From: a virus
IMG/VR virus record: IMGVR_UViG_3300030104_004642
Coordinates: 1 to 64,000 of that record
Length of the DNA: 64,000 bases
Reading direction: 5' to 3' (one strand)
A program made the translations under genes and the position numbers. A model generated the notes under the pieces. The model was not told the DNA's origin and searched no databases. It saw nothing but the letters and a program-made list of their open reading frames with translations. Of the stretch, positions 1-9,070 are shown one piece after another (the first letter of the stretch is position 1; every line of letters starts with the position of its first letter).

Positions 1-303
1 AATAATAATATCTCCGTCACCACAGTGTAATAGTAACTCATTAAGTGTTTCCTCAACTGTTTCAGCAGGTATTGCCATTATAAAAATACCAGTTCCAGGG
101 TTGTCATACATACCCCAACCAGTCTTTACTTGTGAGACAAGTTCCTTAATTCCAGTGGTTACTCCATCAACAAAATCATTTTCATATGCCTCTTGGGCTT
201 TTTCATAATTTCTTCTGTAACCCCATACCACAATCTCTTGTTTCATGAGAAGACGAGACATGTTAAGTCCAACCTTCCCCAGACCAATCATTCCAACCTT
301 CAT
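1..303 (-). CDS. gnd: 6-phosphogluconate dehydrogenase, N-terminal part (runs off the window edge)
   Basis: Manual translation from ATG at 303: MKVGMIGLGKVGLNMSRLLMKQEIVVWGYRRNYEKAQEAYE...GIFIMAIPAETVEETLNELL...GDIII; Rossmann GxGxxG N-terminus of short-type Gnd. Not in the ORF track. Confidence 0.85.
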   Translation of the reverse strand, partial: MKVGMIGLGKVGLNMSRLLMKQEIVVWGYRRNYEKAQEAYENDFVDGVTTGIKELVSQVKTGWGMYDNPGTGIFIMAIPAETVEETLNELLLHCGDGDIII

Positions 304-539
304 GTAAGTTTCTCCACTATGCCTTTGATAATGTCAATGTCAATGCCCAAAAATGGTGGCACTATACCAAGTAATCTTAATAAACCATCAAGAAACAAGG
401 CAAGCACTATTGAACCTAGAATCATACTAATGATAGAGGCATTGTGATTGTGTTGTTTGATAGCAGCAGCAATCATAACCTCAACCTCATGTTTAGAGAC
501 GGTATGAGATGGTTTAATCTCATCAAATCTGTGAGTCAT
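300..539 (-). CDS. hypothetical membrane protein
   Basis: 79 aa ORF with a hydrophobic segment; ATGA overlap with gnd start. Confidence 0.7.
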   Translation of the reverse strand: MTHRFDEIKPSHTVSKHEVEVMIAAAIKQHNHNASIISMILGSIVLALFLDGLLRLLGIVPPFLGIDIDIIKGIVEKLT

Positions 540-579
540 TAGTAGAAAAAAATTGTTTCAGTTAGATTTATGTATGTGA

Positions 580-1026
580 CTACATTTTGAACTTTTCATC
601 AGATTGTGGGACAATGCTGACAGGTGCTTGTTCAATTCTAATTACCTGATGAGGTGCTGTCTGAGCAGCTTTCTCAATCAGTTTTTCCATCTGCTCCTTG
701 GTGATTCCACCACCTGGACCACCATTAGCACCATTTTTTTTAGCAGTCTGGACACCAAAAGTAGCTAAAACCCCTGTGAAAACTGAGGCTATGAAGGTTG
801 GGTCTAGTTTCTGCTCAGGAATACCTAATGCTGCTGGTAGTTTGATGTAAGCAAGGGTGAGGATACCCCCACTCCATACTAGTATTCCAAGTCTAACAAA
901 TGTTGAGAGGATTGCAAGTTGTTCCTCTTTATCATCTGTAGCTTCTTTGAGTTTTGATAGTATTCCTTTTTTCTTGGGTTCCTCTTTAGGTTCCTCTTTC
1001 TTAACATCCTTGACTTCTTCTGGCAT
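580..1026 (-). CDS. conserved cyanophage two-TM membrane protein
   Basis: Likely start MPEEVK at 1026; two hydrophobic helices; CTAAATA late-type promoter just upstream (~1047-1053). Confidence 0.7.
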   Translation of the reverse strand: MPEEVKDVKKEEPKEEPKKKGILSKLKEATDDKEEQLAILSTFVRLGILVWSGGILTLAYIKLPAALGIPEQKLDPTFIASVFTGVLATFGVQTAKKNGANGGPGGGITKEQMEKLIEKAAQTAPHQVIRIEQAPVSIVPQSDEKFKM

Positions 1027-1053
1027 CTTAAGAAAGCAGTTAATAATATTTAG

Positions 1054-1078
1054 AAAAAAAGGGACCTTTTCAGGCCCC
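1054..1078 (-). terminator. rho-independent terminator
   Basis: Minus strand GGGGCCT-GAAA-AGGTCCC followed by T7. Confidence 0.75.
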
Positions 1079-1213
1079 TGCACCCTGATAAACAGGTGTC
1101 ATTATTCCACCATCTGGTGGACCATCATTATCATCATCTGTTTCAACCAACAGTAGCATAAAGAAGAATGGTGTGAGAAAAAAGATAATAGTCTGTGACC
1201 ATTCAAAACTCAT
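1070..1213 (-). CDS. small membrane protein
   Basis: MSFEWSQTIIFFLTPFFFMLLLVETDDDNDGPPDGGIMTPVYQGAGA; one TM plus acidic tail; ATGA coupling to upstream ORF. Confidence 0.6.
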   Translation of the reverse strand: MSFEWSQTIIFFLTPFFFMLLLVETDDDNDGPPDGGIMTPVYQGAGA

Positions 1214-1308
1214 GACTCTTGACCTTGAGTGTGTTCCCTTGTAGCACATGCGGCAGCACCTAATGGTAATAGGAGTAATACTGCTGCCACGTAAAAACCC
1301 CAAGCCAT
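1210..1308 (-). CDS. small hydrophobic peptide (32 aa)
   Basis: MAWGFYVAAVLLLLPLGAAACATREHTQGQES; TGATG overlap with hli stop and ATGA overlap with next ORF. Confidence 0.5.
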   Translation of the reverse strand: MAWGFYVAAVLLLLPLGAAACATREHTQGQES

Positions 1309-1415
1309 CACCAGATACCAGGAATCAGTTGACCTGTTGCTGCATAGGATCCCATTGCTGCAATGACTCCAATCATTGCTGCCCAACCGTTGATGCGTTC
1401 TGCTTTTTCGTTCAT
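1308..1415 (-). CDS. hli: high-light inducible protein (35 aa)
   Basis: MNEKAERINGWAAMIGVIAAMGSYAATGQLIPGIW: AExxNGxxAMIG and TGQxIPG motifs. Below the ORF-track length cutoff. Confidence 0.92.
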   Translation of the reverse strand: MNEKAERINGWAAMIGVIAAMGSYAATGQLIPGIW

Positions 1416-1419
1416 TGTT

Positions 1420-1683
1420 TTATACCTTAGAGAGATTTAAGTATGCTTTTGTGGTGTCACTTGGTGTGTTTTCATAGGTAGATGTGTCACCATAGATTTT
1501 GTGATCACTGTACCCAACCATTGCTCCTTTGGTGCGTTGAAGTGCTGCCATAAAAGCAATGAAAAGAAACACACTTGGTGCTCCAATAATAAGTGCTGCT
1601 CCAAACACATAACCCACAAGGAATTCTGCGATTGTATGATTAGCAGTCCAGGCAAACTCAGTTTGCGTCAAAAGTTCAATCAT
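1420..1683 (-). CDS. hypothetical membrane protein
   Basis: 87 aa ORF with a TM segment, between two hli genes. Confidence 0.65.
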   Translation of the reverse strand: MIELLTQTEFAWTANHTIAEFLVGYVFGAALIIGAPSVFLFIAFMAALQRTKGAMVGYSDHKIYGDTSTYENTPSDTTKAYLNLSKV

Positions 1684-1691
1684 TAATTAGT

Positions 1692-1925
1692 TCAGGCGAG
1701 GAAGGTTCCTGCATTGCGAAGAAGACCAAAGAAGAATACATCACCAGTGGATGCATATGATAACAGTGCTGCAACAAATCCAATCATTGCAACCCTACCA
1801 TTCAGTTTTTCAGCCCTCTCATTATGGGTGACATACCCATAACGCTCAGCCTCTGAATCATAGTACATTCTGGGCTCTTTTGCCCACATATTCGTTTGTC
1901 CAAATTCATTAGTTGTTACAGTCAT
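1692..1925 (-). CDS. hli: high-light inducible protein
   Basis: AEKLNGRVAMIGF chlorophyll-binding motif; N-terminal N(M)WAKEPRMY typical of phage-type Hli. Confidence 0.92.
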   Translation of the reverse strand: MTVTTNEFGQTNMWAKEPRMYYDSEAERYGYVTHNERAEKLNGRVAMIGFVAALLSYASTGDVFFFGLLRNAGTFLA

Positions 1926-1951
1926 TTACCTAATGTAATGATTCTTTACAT

Positions 1952-1980
1952 ACTATATATGTTTTCTTAACTTTTGTCAA
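1952..1980 (-). promoter_or_regulatory. sigma70-type promoter for hli cluster
   Basis: TTGACA-17 nt-TATAGT on the minus strand. Confidence 0.7.
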
Positions 1981-2194
1981 GCTGTTCACTTCTAAGACTG
2001 GCCACCTCCCTGATCAGATCATTATAATCCCTGACCAGTAGCATATGTTCATTCTCAAGATCCTCCACACGATATTGAAGTCTCTCTATCAGGTCATATA
2101 GATTCCTACAACGTTCAACATTGTCTGCTCCCCTATCTGTACTGGTGAAGAACCACTTAAAAAAGTTCTTCTTTTTCTTCTTACTCTTTTTCAT
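1967..2194 (-). CDS. hypothetical coiled-coil protein
   Basis: Start MKKSKKKKK, overlaps the pstS stop region. Confidence 0.55.
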   Translation of the reverse strand: MKKSKKKKKNFFKWFFTSTDRGADNVERCRNLYDLIERLQYRVEDLENEHMLLVRDYNDLIREVASLRSEQLDKS

Positions 2195-3149
2195 TGATGG
2201 TCTCCACTGCAGCAAGTGCTTTCAGTCTCACACTCTCAGGCAGGGCAACATAACCCATCCTTTCAGATTCATTCTGTGCCTCTTCACTCAATATAAAGTT
2301 AAGGGTTTCCTTAACACCAGGTCTTGATTCAGGGTAAGCAAGTATCCAGGTCAGTGAGACAATGGGATAGGAAATCTCACCAGCAGGATTGGGGTCAGTT
2401 CCCCTCAGTTTGTCATCAAGATTGATATTAGCAAGACCATGAGCAGTGGTTGTTGGGTTTGCTTTGAGAAACACACCCTCCTTATTCTGTAATGAGACCT
2501 GCTCCAACTTAGAGGTCATCACATAGTTATAGTTCAGATAACCAATAGAACCCTCTACTTGGAGCATCTGTGCAGCAACACCAGAGTTACCCTTTGCCCC
2601 TACACCCACAGGCCACTTAACTGTTTTTGCTGTGCCATACTTACTCTTCCATTCAGGGGAGAATGCTGACAGTGAGTTGGTAAATCCATAGGTTGTTCCA
2701 GCACCATCAGCACGATACACAACCATGATGGGCACATTACCACAACCAAACTCATTCCAGTTGTGAATCTTACCCATGAAGACATCAGCGAGTTGTGTCT
2801 GTGTCATCTTCACCTCACACCCTGGCACATTGAATGCTGGGACTATGGCACCCCCTGTGACAGGAATCTGAACCATACCACCCTCAGGTATCTTTGAGTC
2901 CTTTACAGAGGCATCTGAGGCACCAAAGTCAACTGTCTGCTTTACAAACTGTCTAACACCTGCACCACTACCAACTGCTTGATAGTTGACCTGATGACCA
3001 GTCTTGGAGGAAAACTTAGCAAACCAAGCCTGATAAAGTGGTGCTGGGAATGTTGCTCCTGCCCCTGAGATCTTAAAAACATCCTTCTTTTCTCCACAGG
3101 ATGCAAGGAGGGGTGCTACCAGGGCAGCAACGATAAATGCTTTTTTCAT
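2181..3149 (-). CDS. pstS: phosphate ABC transporter substrate-binding protein
   Basis: Lipoprotein signal (LLASC); GAGATFPAPLY, YQAVGSGAG, DFGASD, RADGAGTT, YPIVSLTW motifs. Confidence 0.96.
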   Translation of the reverse strand: MKKAFIVAALVAPLLASCGEKKDVFKISGAGATFPAPLYQAWFAKFSSKTGHQVNYQAVGSGAGVRQFVKQTVDFGASDASVKDSKIPEGGMVQIPVTGGAIVPAFNVPGCEVKMTQTQLADVFMGKIHNWNEFGCGNVPIMVVYRADGAGTTYGFTNSLSAFSPEWKSKYGTAKTVKWPVGVGAKGNSGVAAQMLQVEGSIGYLNYNYVMTSKLEQVSLQNKEGVFLKANPTTTAHGLANINLDDKLRGTDPNPAGEISYPIVSLTWILAYPESRPGVKETLNFILSEEAQNESERMGYVALPESVRLKALAAVETINEKE

Positions 3150-3173
3150 ATTAGGTCTAAATGACATCACTAT

Positions 3174-3201
3174 TTTAACAGATTTAATCTATTTTTAACC
3201 A
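3174..3201. promoter_or_regulatory. putative pho box (PhoB/SphR site) upstream of pstS
   Basis: TTTAATCT (3183) and TTTAACCA (3194) with 11-bp periodicity, plus TTTAACAG (3174); fit the cyanobacterial PyTTAAPyPy(T/A) consensus. Confidence 0.6.
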
Positions 3202-3202
3202 T

Positions 3203-3230
3203 AAAAAAAGGACCCCAGTTAGGAGTCCTT
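3203..3230 (-). terminator. rho-independent terminator
   Basis: AAGGACTCC-TAACT-GGGGTCCTT followed by a T-run; separates the OMP gene from pstS. Confidence 0.75.
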
Positions 3231-3250
3231 AACATGATTAGATCAGGTTA

Positions 3251-3616
3251 TCAGAAGCTGTACTTAAGACCCAGCTTACCACCCAGACCAAAATCATCAT
3301 CATCTTCAGCAGTCAGGAAAGAAACCTCACCATAGACGCCAATGGCATCAGAGACAGGGATACCCAGACCAGCCTTACCAGAGAACTGTGTGTCAGTATC
3401 CTCACCATCAACTGCTACAATGGCAGGACCAGCCTGAACATAGTAGGAAGCATCGCCTGCGTTTCCTTCGTAACCAACATGGATGTCAGTGGTTGCTCCA
3501 GAATAGTCATCACCAACCCAACCAGCGTTGGTTTCTACGTTTACATAGGGACCTGCAACAGCAGCGCCAGCAGACAGGGACAGTGCAGCACCAGCTGCGA
3601 ATACAGATTTGATCAT
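3251..3616 (-). CDS. small outer-membrane beta-barrel-like protein
   Basis: Signal peptide (AGAAVA), alternating amphipathic strands, C-terminal GLKYSF ending in Phe. Confidence 0.75.
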   Translation of the reverse strand: MIKSVFAAGAALSLSAGAAVAGPYVNVETNAGWVGDDYSGATTDIHVGYEGNAGDASYYVQAGPAIVAVDGEDTDTQFSGKAGLGIPVSDAIGVYGEVSFLTAEDDDDFGLGGKLGLKYSF

Positions 3617-3730
3617 TAGAAATTACCTCTTTTTACTTGCGGAATGATTACCCGCAGATGAATAGAACCTCGACGTGGTTCTGAAATGTTTCCTTTCGTT
3701 ACTTTAATTACTGAAAGACAAAAGGTTAAG

Positions 3731-3738
3731 TATTTATA
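3731..3738 (-). promoter_or_regulatory. T4-type late promoter
   Basis: TATAAATA on the minus strand upstream of the OMP gene leader. Confidence 0.75.
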
Positions 3739-3760
3739 CTACCAGAGATTTGGTAGTATG

Positions 3761-4561
3761 TCAAGTTGGTGGGGTTTTCCCACCTGATGGTTCAGCAACC
3801 CTGCCCAGGTATGGGTCATAGTTCATCACTTCATCAATGGACAAACTGGCACCTGTTTGTTGCCAGTAGTTCATCTGAGCATCATAGTTCCCTTTGTGAA
3901 ATGCGTCAACGTGCTCAGGGTGGATACTGGAACCCAGTTCAATGCGATAAAGAAGAAGAGGAACAGCATAGGAGTTGCCTGAATTATAGATAAGGTCATC
4001 TGCTACTGGTCTTGGTCTAACTCCATTATCTAGTTTAAACTTGTCACCCCTACAATGTAGATTGATAAGTTTCTTAGCATGATGCCTTGTGATCAGATAA
4101 CAGGCAGTGGAGAACTCATTCACAAATCTCTTGTGGATCTTTGTGTAGATATCACCTGTGCAAATGATAGCAATTTGTACTACATCCCAATCATAGGGCA
4201 ACTTTGCCACCACGTCCTTCCATGTAAAGTTCCAACACTTTACTGTATCAAAGGCACAATCATCCTCCATGATAATCGCATATGGATCATCAGATTCCTC
4301 ATAGAACTTTTTGATTGCTTTAAGGTGTGATGTGGTACAACCCACCTCACCTGGTGACATCATATCAGGGTATCTTCCCTTAAGGATGTGACCCAAATCA
4401 TCATCCCTGCCATCATATCCAGAGATCCTTTGGTAATTATCAACCTGCCAATACTTAAACTGATCCTCAATGTACTTCCATCTCTCTGGTTGCCCATCAA
4501 GATTGATACAATAGATAGGACCCATTTCTTGAAGTTTATATGCTGCCTTGTTCTTATCCAT
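3761..4561 (-). CDS. glycosyltransferase family 25
   Basis: YCINLD..PER, GEVGCTTSH, IIMEDD, STACYLI motifs. Confidence 0.88.
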   Translation of the reverse strand: MDKNKAAYKLQEMGPIYCINLDGQPERWKYIEDQFKYWQVDNYQRISGYDGRDDDLGHILKGRYPDMMSPGEVGCTTSHLKAIKKFYEESDDPYAIIMEDDCAFDTVKCWNFTWKDVVAKLPYDWDVVQIAIICTGDIYTKIHKRFVNEFSTACYLITRHHAKKLINLHCRGDKFKLDNGVRPRPVADDLIYNSGNSYAVPLLLYRIELGSSIHPEHVDAFHKGNYDAQMNYWQQTGASLSIDEVMNYDPYLGRVAEPSGGKTPPT

Positions 4562-5363
4562 TAATCACCTTCCACCCATGACAATACAGGTCCTTAGTAT
4601 TTAAGTGTGCATTATTTGGTCCAAACCATCTACTTGGTGCTATAACCTTCTCACCCTGTCCTAACCATGCTCCCCACCAGGAGAATGAGGAGTTAGCAAT
4701 AATATGATCACTACACTGGGTCATCAGATATAGGTCATGATATGGTCCTGCTGCCTCTGAGACAAGGAATCTATCATCACTGAATAGTTGTTGTTCCATA
4801 CACCACTTAGGATCATCACTGAAAATAATGATCTGCCTTTTGGCATCAATCTTTCCCAATGCCCTCTCATAATATTCAAGTGGTAGATTATGATGATTAC
4901 CAGAGTTGATAAGAAAATCTCCCCTGCGTATATGTAAGGCAACAGGATCCTCAAAACAGGAATCCACAATCTCCCTACACTCATTCACAATCTGTTTCTT
5001 AAATGTGAACTGCTGTCTTACCTCATCCTCACAGTGTTGAAAGTATTTGTCTGTCTGAAAGAATCCATACAGTGTAAAATTCACACTGGGATCTGTTGCA
5101 AAGGCATAACTATTAAACTGAAATCCCTTCTCAGCAAGGACATTCTGTTCCTTCAGCATCCCAATATTATCTGGTTTGATATCAAAACAATCAAACAATT
5201 CTATCCTTAGTTTGTTACCAATACCATCATCAAAGATCTCATCATGATTTGGTATCATAAAAGGCACCCCCAGTTTCCTGGCGATGCCTAATGTTGCTGC
5301 ATACTGAAACATTTGATTTCCAAGTTGTCCCAGTTTGCCAAGATAATTAAATGCTACAGTCAT
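4554..5363 (-). CDS. alpha-1,2-fucosyltransferase (GT11)
   Basis: GQLGNQMFQYA, GFFQ, LHIRRGD, FSDD, IIANSSFSWWGAWL motifs. Confidence 0.92.
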   Translation of the reverse strand: MTVAFNYLGKLGQLGNQMFQYAATLGIARKLGVPFMIPNHDEIFDDGIGNKLRIELFDCFDIKPDNIGMLKEQNVLAEKGFQFNSYAFATDPSVNFTLYGFFQTDKYFQHCEDEVRQQFTFKKQIVNECREIVDSCFEDPVALHIRRGDFLINSGNHHNLPLEYYERALGKIDAKRQIIIFSDDPKWCMEQQLFSDDRFLVSEAAGPYHDLYLMTQCSDHIIANSSFSWWGAWLGQGEKVIAPSRWFGPNNAHLNTKDLYCHGWKVING

Positions 5364-6328
5364 GAAAGAAGTAGATTACAAATTTCTTTTGTCTTGTTTA
5401 TACCCATAAGGGATTCCTCAAGCAGGATGTCCACCTTAGAATTATAATCCACAAAAACCTCATAGTCAACCTGGTTCAGCAGGCAGTCAATCCAGCAACT
5501 GGATGGGTTGGTCACATAATACTTTGACCCAATAGAATATAACTGTGATCTGTTAATTTTATTGTGAACTAACCAGGCATTATCAACCAGATGATTATCA
5601 GGACTTCTTAGAAGAATATACTCAAGTTTAGGATGTAATACTCCACCATTACAGGTTGGATGTCTTACAAAATAGCAAGGACCATGAGATAGATCAGAGA
5701 TCTTATCCCATGTCTCTTCTTTCCACTTCTCTGTATAGATTCCTGCCCACTCCCCACTGTTTGTGTCAAGCTTGATATCCTGAGAGTTTGGTTTATCAAA
5801 TCCATTAGTAAAGAAGAATACCTTACTCCCTTTGATAGGTGGTATCTTTGAGTAGAAATGATTTGGGACACCAACATGTAGAATCTTTTGTTTAGGTGTA
5901 GCAATCTTTGGATTCAGGTAATCCTCTTTGACCCAAGTGATCACATGGTCAGCACTAAAAAAATATTTTGGAAGTCTGGTGAGTGCTTCTTGTGAGATAC
6001 CATGCTGTATAGCATAGGTTTTACACTTCACCTTAGTACAAAGGTTAAAATCATAATGATGATACTGATTGCTTGTGCCAGATGTAACAAGCATGGAGTT
6101 AGCATCCTCTGAGTATTCAATAAGTCTCCTCTCCTCTTTTATGTCAAGGGTATAAAACTTTGAATACCTATCCACATACTCATTTACCTTGTATGCCAGG
6201 GCATCATTACTAAGTTCAGCAAAATTTGTGTAAAGAAGAACCTCATGTCCCCCCTCACACATATTTTTTATCATAGGAATCAAGAACCTTAGATGATTCC
6301 TAGTTGTGGTGCATAATATAACTTTCAT
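5360..6328 (-). CDS. putative GT-B fold transferase (TagF/capsule polymerase-like)
   Basis: IQHG, ADHVITW, VGVP, VRHP and SS motifs in the order typical of CDP-glycerol/capsule transferases. Confidence 0.5.
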   Translation of the reverse strand: MKVILCTTTRNHLRFLIPMIKNMCEGGHEVLLYTNFAELSNDALAYKVNEYVDRYSKFYTLDIKEERRLIEYSEDANSMLVTSGTSNQYHHYDFNLCTKVKCKTYAIQHGISQEALTRLPKYFFSADHVITWVKEDYLNPKIATPKQKILHVGVPNHFYSKIPPIKGSKVFFFTNGFDKPNSQDIKLDTNSGEWAGIYTEKWKEETWDKISDLSHGPCYFVRHPTCNGGVLHPKLEYILLRSPDNHLVDNAWLVHNKINRSQLYSIGSKYYVTNPSSCWIDCLLNQVDYEVFVDYNSKVDILLEESLMGINKTKEICNLLLS

Positions 6329-6957
6329 TACTTAAATGTAATAGCAAATATAAGATCATCATATCTATTTTTGACCTCCCTAAGGTCAACACCCTTACCC
6401 ACATACCTATCACCACCAACCTCTTTCAGTTTCTTATCAAGTGCCTCAAAGTCCTCAACCTTTTGCACATCCTCAATAAACAATGTGCCTCCTTTTTTGA
6501 GCATGGGAAGATAGTATTCAATACACAACACCTGTGATTCTAAGGTATGGGGTCCATCATCAAAGATAATATCAAAACCCTCTGGTCTTACCTTTTTAAC
6601 CTGTGCTGGTGTGTCCTCATCATAGGCATCACAGTTTGCATATGTAAATCTCTTATTGTCCATGATCTCCCAGCATTTTGGATTCATGGTCTCTTGAATA
6701 TCAAGTAGGAGGAGCCTTGATTTGGTCAGATAATCATGCCACAGGATAGCAGAACAACCATAGTTTGTGCCCAGTTCTAAAACTGAAACATCCTTATCCT
6801 TATACTTCTCAAGATTCTCAACATAGAAGTCACAATAACCATGCTCAGCATCCTTGTCAGTTCCCCAACCACCAAGATGCCTTCCCTGACTATCATACTT
6901 ACCACTGAATCCATTCATGTTATACTTTTCAATGATTTCTACTAATTGATTTTTCAT
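6328..6957 (-). CDS. class I SAM-dependent methyltransferase (sugar O-methyltransferase-like)
   Basis: GTDK..H.Y, VLELG, DIIFDDGPH, GGTLFIED motifs; start taken at MKNQ. Confidence 0.8.
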   Translation of the reverse strand: MKNQLVEIIEKYNMNGFSGKYDSQGRHLGGWGTDKDAEHGYCDFYVENLEKYKDKDVSVLELGTNYGCSAILWHDYLTKSRLLLLDIQETMNPKCWEIMDNKRFTYANCDAYDEDTPAQVKKVRPEGFDIIFDDGPHTLESQVLCIEYYLPMLKKGGTLFIEDVQKVEDFEALDKKLKEVGGDRYVGKGVDLREVKNRYDDLIFAITFK

Positions 6958-6961
6958 AATT

Positions 6962-7813
6962 CTAAGTTGGGTACTTTGTTCTTGGTAAATATGCCCTATT
7001 GGGCAAATGCTTTGGATCAATCTTAATATGTTTCTTGTTGCCATTGAGCACAAAGTAATTATAACATAAGACAGATTCTAATTGCGTCTTGATGTCTGCT
7101 CCTTTGCACCTGTTCTCATACTCCTTTGAGGATAGATTCTCATCCTGATAAACCCTGTTGAATACATCCTCCTTTCCAATCTCACACCAGGTCTTCATTG
7201 CCAATGGATCACCAAAGACAACAATATCACTCAGGATCTTATTGAATACACCATTGTCAAGGGTAACAGAGAAGTCATAATCCATACCAAATAGTGTATT
7301 GTTCTCAATAAACTTCTCATAGTAGTTTAGATCCAACTGTGATACCCAGGCATCATATCTTGATTTAATAATCAGATCATAGGTCTCTGGATTCTCAATC
7401 AGTTTGTATGATTTATAAATGTTTCTGACCTGCCCATAGTAACTCCTAAGGGTGGATTCTTCATTCTCAGCACACCCCATCTTGGCAGATTTGCTCTCCA
7501 CAAATCCAGGTGATGACCTAATTAGATGACAATACTTATTGGCAAAGTTACTAATCTCCTCATCCACCATCTCATAGTTTTCAATATTGATACTCTTATA
7601 GTCAAGGTATCTCTCAAAGAATAACCAATCAATCCTTGGTGAGTTTGTATATCCCTTCTTATCAGCAGGTTCCTTATGTGGTGCCCCTATAATATCATAT
7701 GTGTTTGAGTAGATGTCAATCCTATGACCTAAATTTAATTTTTTAAATTTCCAAATCTCCTCAAAATACTTAGTATCCCTTACAAATCCAGGAAGTAGAT
7801 ATGCTACCTTCAT
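6962..7813 (-). CDS. putative glycosyltransferase-like protein
   Basis: MKVAYLLPGFVR N-terminus, YDLIIKSRYD and SDIVVFG motifs; inside the sugar cluster. Confidence 0.45.
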   Translation of the reverse strand: MKVAYLLPGFVRDTKYFEEIWKFKKLNLGHRIDIYSNTYDIIGAPHKEPADKKGYTNSPRIDWLFFERYLDYKSINIENYEMVDEEISNFANKYCHLIRSSPGFVESKSAKMGCAENEESTLRSYYGQVRNIYKSYKLIENPETYDLIIKSRYDAWVSQLDLNYYEKFIENNTLFGMDYDFSVTLDNGVFNKILSDIVVFGDPLAMKTWCEIGKEDVFNRVYQDENLSSKEYENRCKGADIKTQLESVLCYNYFVLNGNKKHIKIDPKHLPNRAYLPRTKYPT

Positions 7814-8502
7814 AGGATACTCCTCAACACATTCTCAACCATCATACCCAGACCCTGTTCCCTTTCTCCACTAGACATAGACATATCCTTTTCAAGATGA
7901 TCAGACACTGTATTTACTGACAGTGCTTTCTTGTTAAATCTATTAGCAATACTATAAAGAACATGGGTCTCCATATCCACTGCCAGGATACCCATATCCC
8001 TCAATGATTTATGCCAATCAAGGTTTGGTTGATAAAAGTAATCATTGGATACCATCTGGCCAACATAAGCAAGAGGATCCACTTTCATATATTTTTCCAA
8101 CATGTAGTAATCACAACAGGGTGATAATCTAAACCCAGGAGCAAGGTTATCTGTCATAGCATTATCAGTGGCAGAACTCATAGCCACTACAATATCACCC
8201 ACCACAACATGGGGCGAGATACCACCACAACTCCCCACCCTTATGATCTTTTTAACATTATACTCTTTGAATAGTTCATGGACATAAATGCCAAGACTTG
8301 CCTGACCCATTCCACTTGCCTGAACAGATACAGGTTTACCCATATATGTGCCACTAAACCCCATACAATTACGTACAGTATTCACAGTTTTGACATTATC
8401 TAAAAACTTACCAGCAATCCACACTGCTCTCAGTGGGTCACCAGGCATGAGAACTATTGGATTGTATTCTCCCTTCTTTGCTTCAATGTGAGGTGTTGGC
8501 AT
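7810..8502 (-). CDS. deoD: purine nucleoside phosphorylase (hexameric DeoD type)
   Basis: TPHI, LMPGDPLRA, VR, GMG, IIRVGSCG, DME, VSDH motifs align with E. coli DeoD. Confidence 0.92.
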   Translation of the reverse strand: MPTPHIEAKKGEYNPIVLMPGDPLRAVWIAGKFLDNVKTVNTVRNCMGFSGTYMGKPVSVQASGMGQASLGIYVHELFKEYNVKKIIRVGSCGGISPHVVVGDIVVAMSSATDNAMTDNLAPGFRLSPCCDYYMLEKYMKVDPLAYVGQMVSNDYFYQPNLDWHKSLRDMGILAVDMETHVLYSIANRFNKKALSVNTVSDHLEKDMSMSSGEREQGLGMMVENVLRSIL

Positions 8503-9070
8503 TAGTTATGATTTGATAAACTTGTTTCCAGTTTTTTACACGAGGTCCATCCCAATCTTGATTGTATGGATGATCTATTAAGACACTTCTGAGACCAACT
8601 CTTTTTCCTGCCTGAGCATGGTTTACAGAATCCTCAATCCAATAATAATCCTTTTCACCATATCTGTCAAGAAGATATTGTTCTTTTCCAACACTAAAAT
8701 CTAAGGCACAATCAATAAAATCAAATACATCTCCAAAAAGATGAATAAGATTATTGCGCCTTAGTCTCTGAGCATACTTATCTTTATCAAGACAACTGAT
8801 AACCTCAAATCTCCATCCCTCCCTATTGAGTCTGGTCACATACTCAACAGAATCCCTGAGAGCAGGGATGAATCCAACACAACCAGATTGATTGAACTCC
8901 CTGGTAAGATAGATTGCTTGGTCCTCAGTAATACCATATCTTATTGATTGTTCATAATACTTGTCAGTATCATCTTGTCTCCTAAAACACTTCTCTGCCA
9001 TCCAGACATCAAAAGCGTATGCCCAATCAAGTAGCACACCATCACAATCAACAATTATTTTCTTTTCCAT
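8483..9070 (-). CDS. HAD-superfamily 5'(3')-nucleotidase-like (T4 gp30.2-like)
   Basis: VDCDGVL motif I, K motif III, WIEDS motif IV, HPYN. Confidence 0.8.
   Translation of the reverse strand: MEKKIIVDCDGVLLDWAYAFDVWMAEKCFRRQDDTDKYYEQSIRYGITEDQAIYLTREFNQSGCVGFIPALRDSVEYVTRLNREGWRFEVISCLDKDKYAQRLRRNNLIHLFGDVFDFIDCALDFSVGKEQYLLDRYGEKDYYWIEDSVNHAQAGKRVGLRSVLIDHPYNQDWDGPRVKNWKQVYQIITNANTSH

Noticed and set aside
1933-1950. NtcA-like palindrome upstream of hli
   Set aside because: Spacing is GTA-N9-TAC rather than N8; not supportable.
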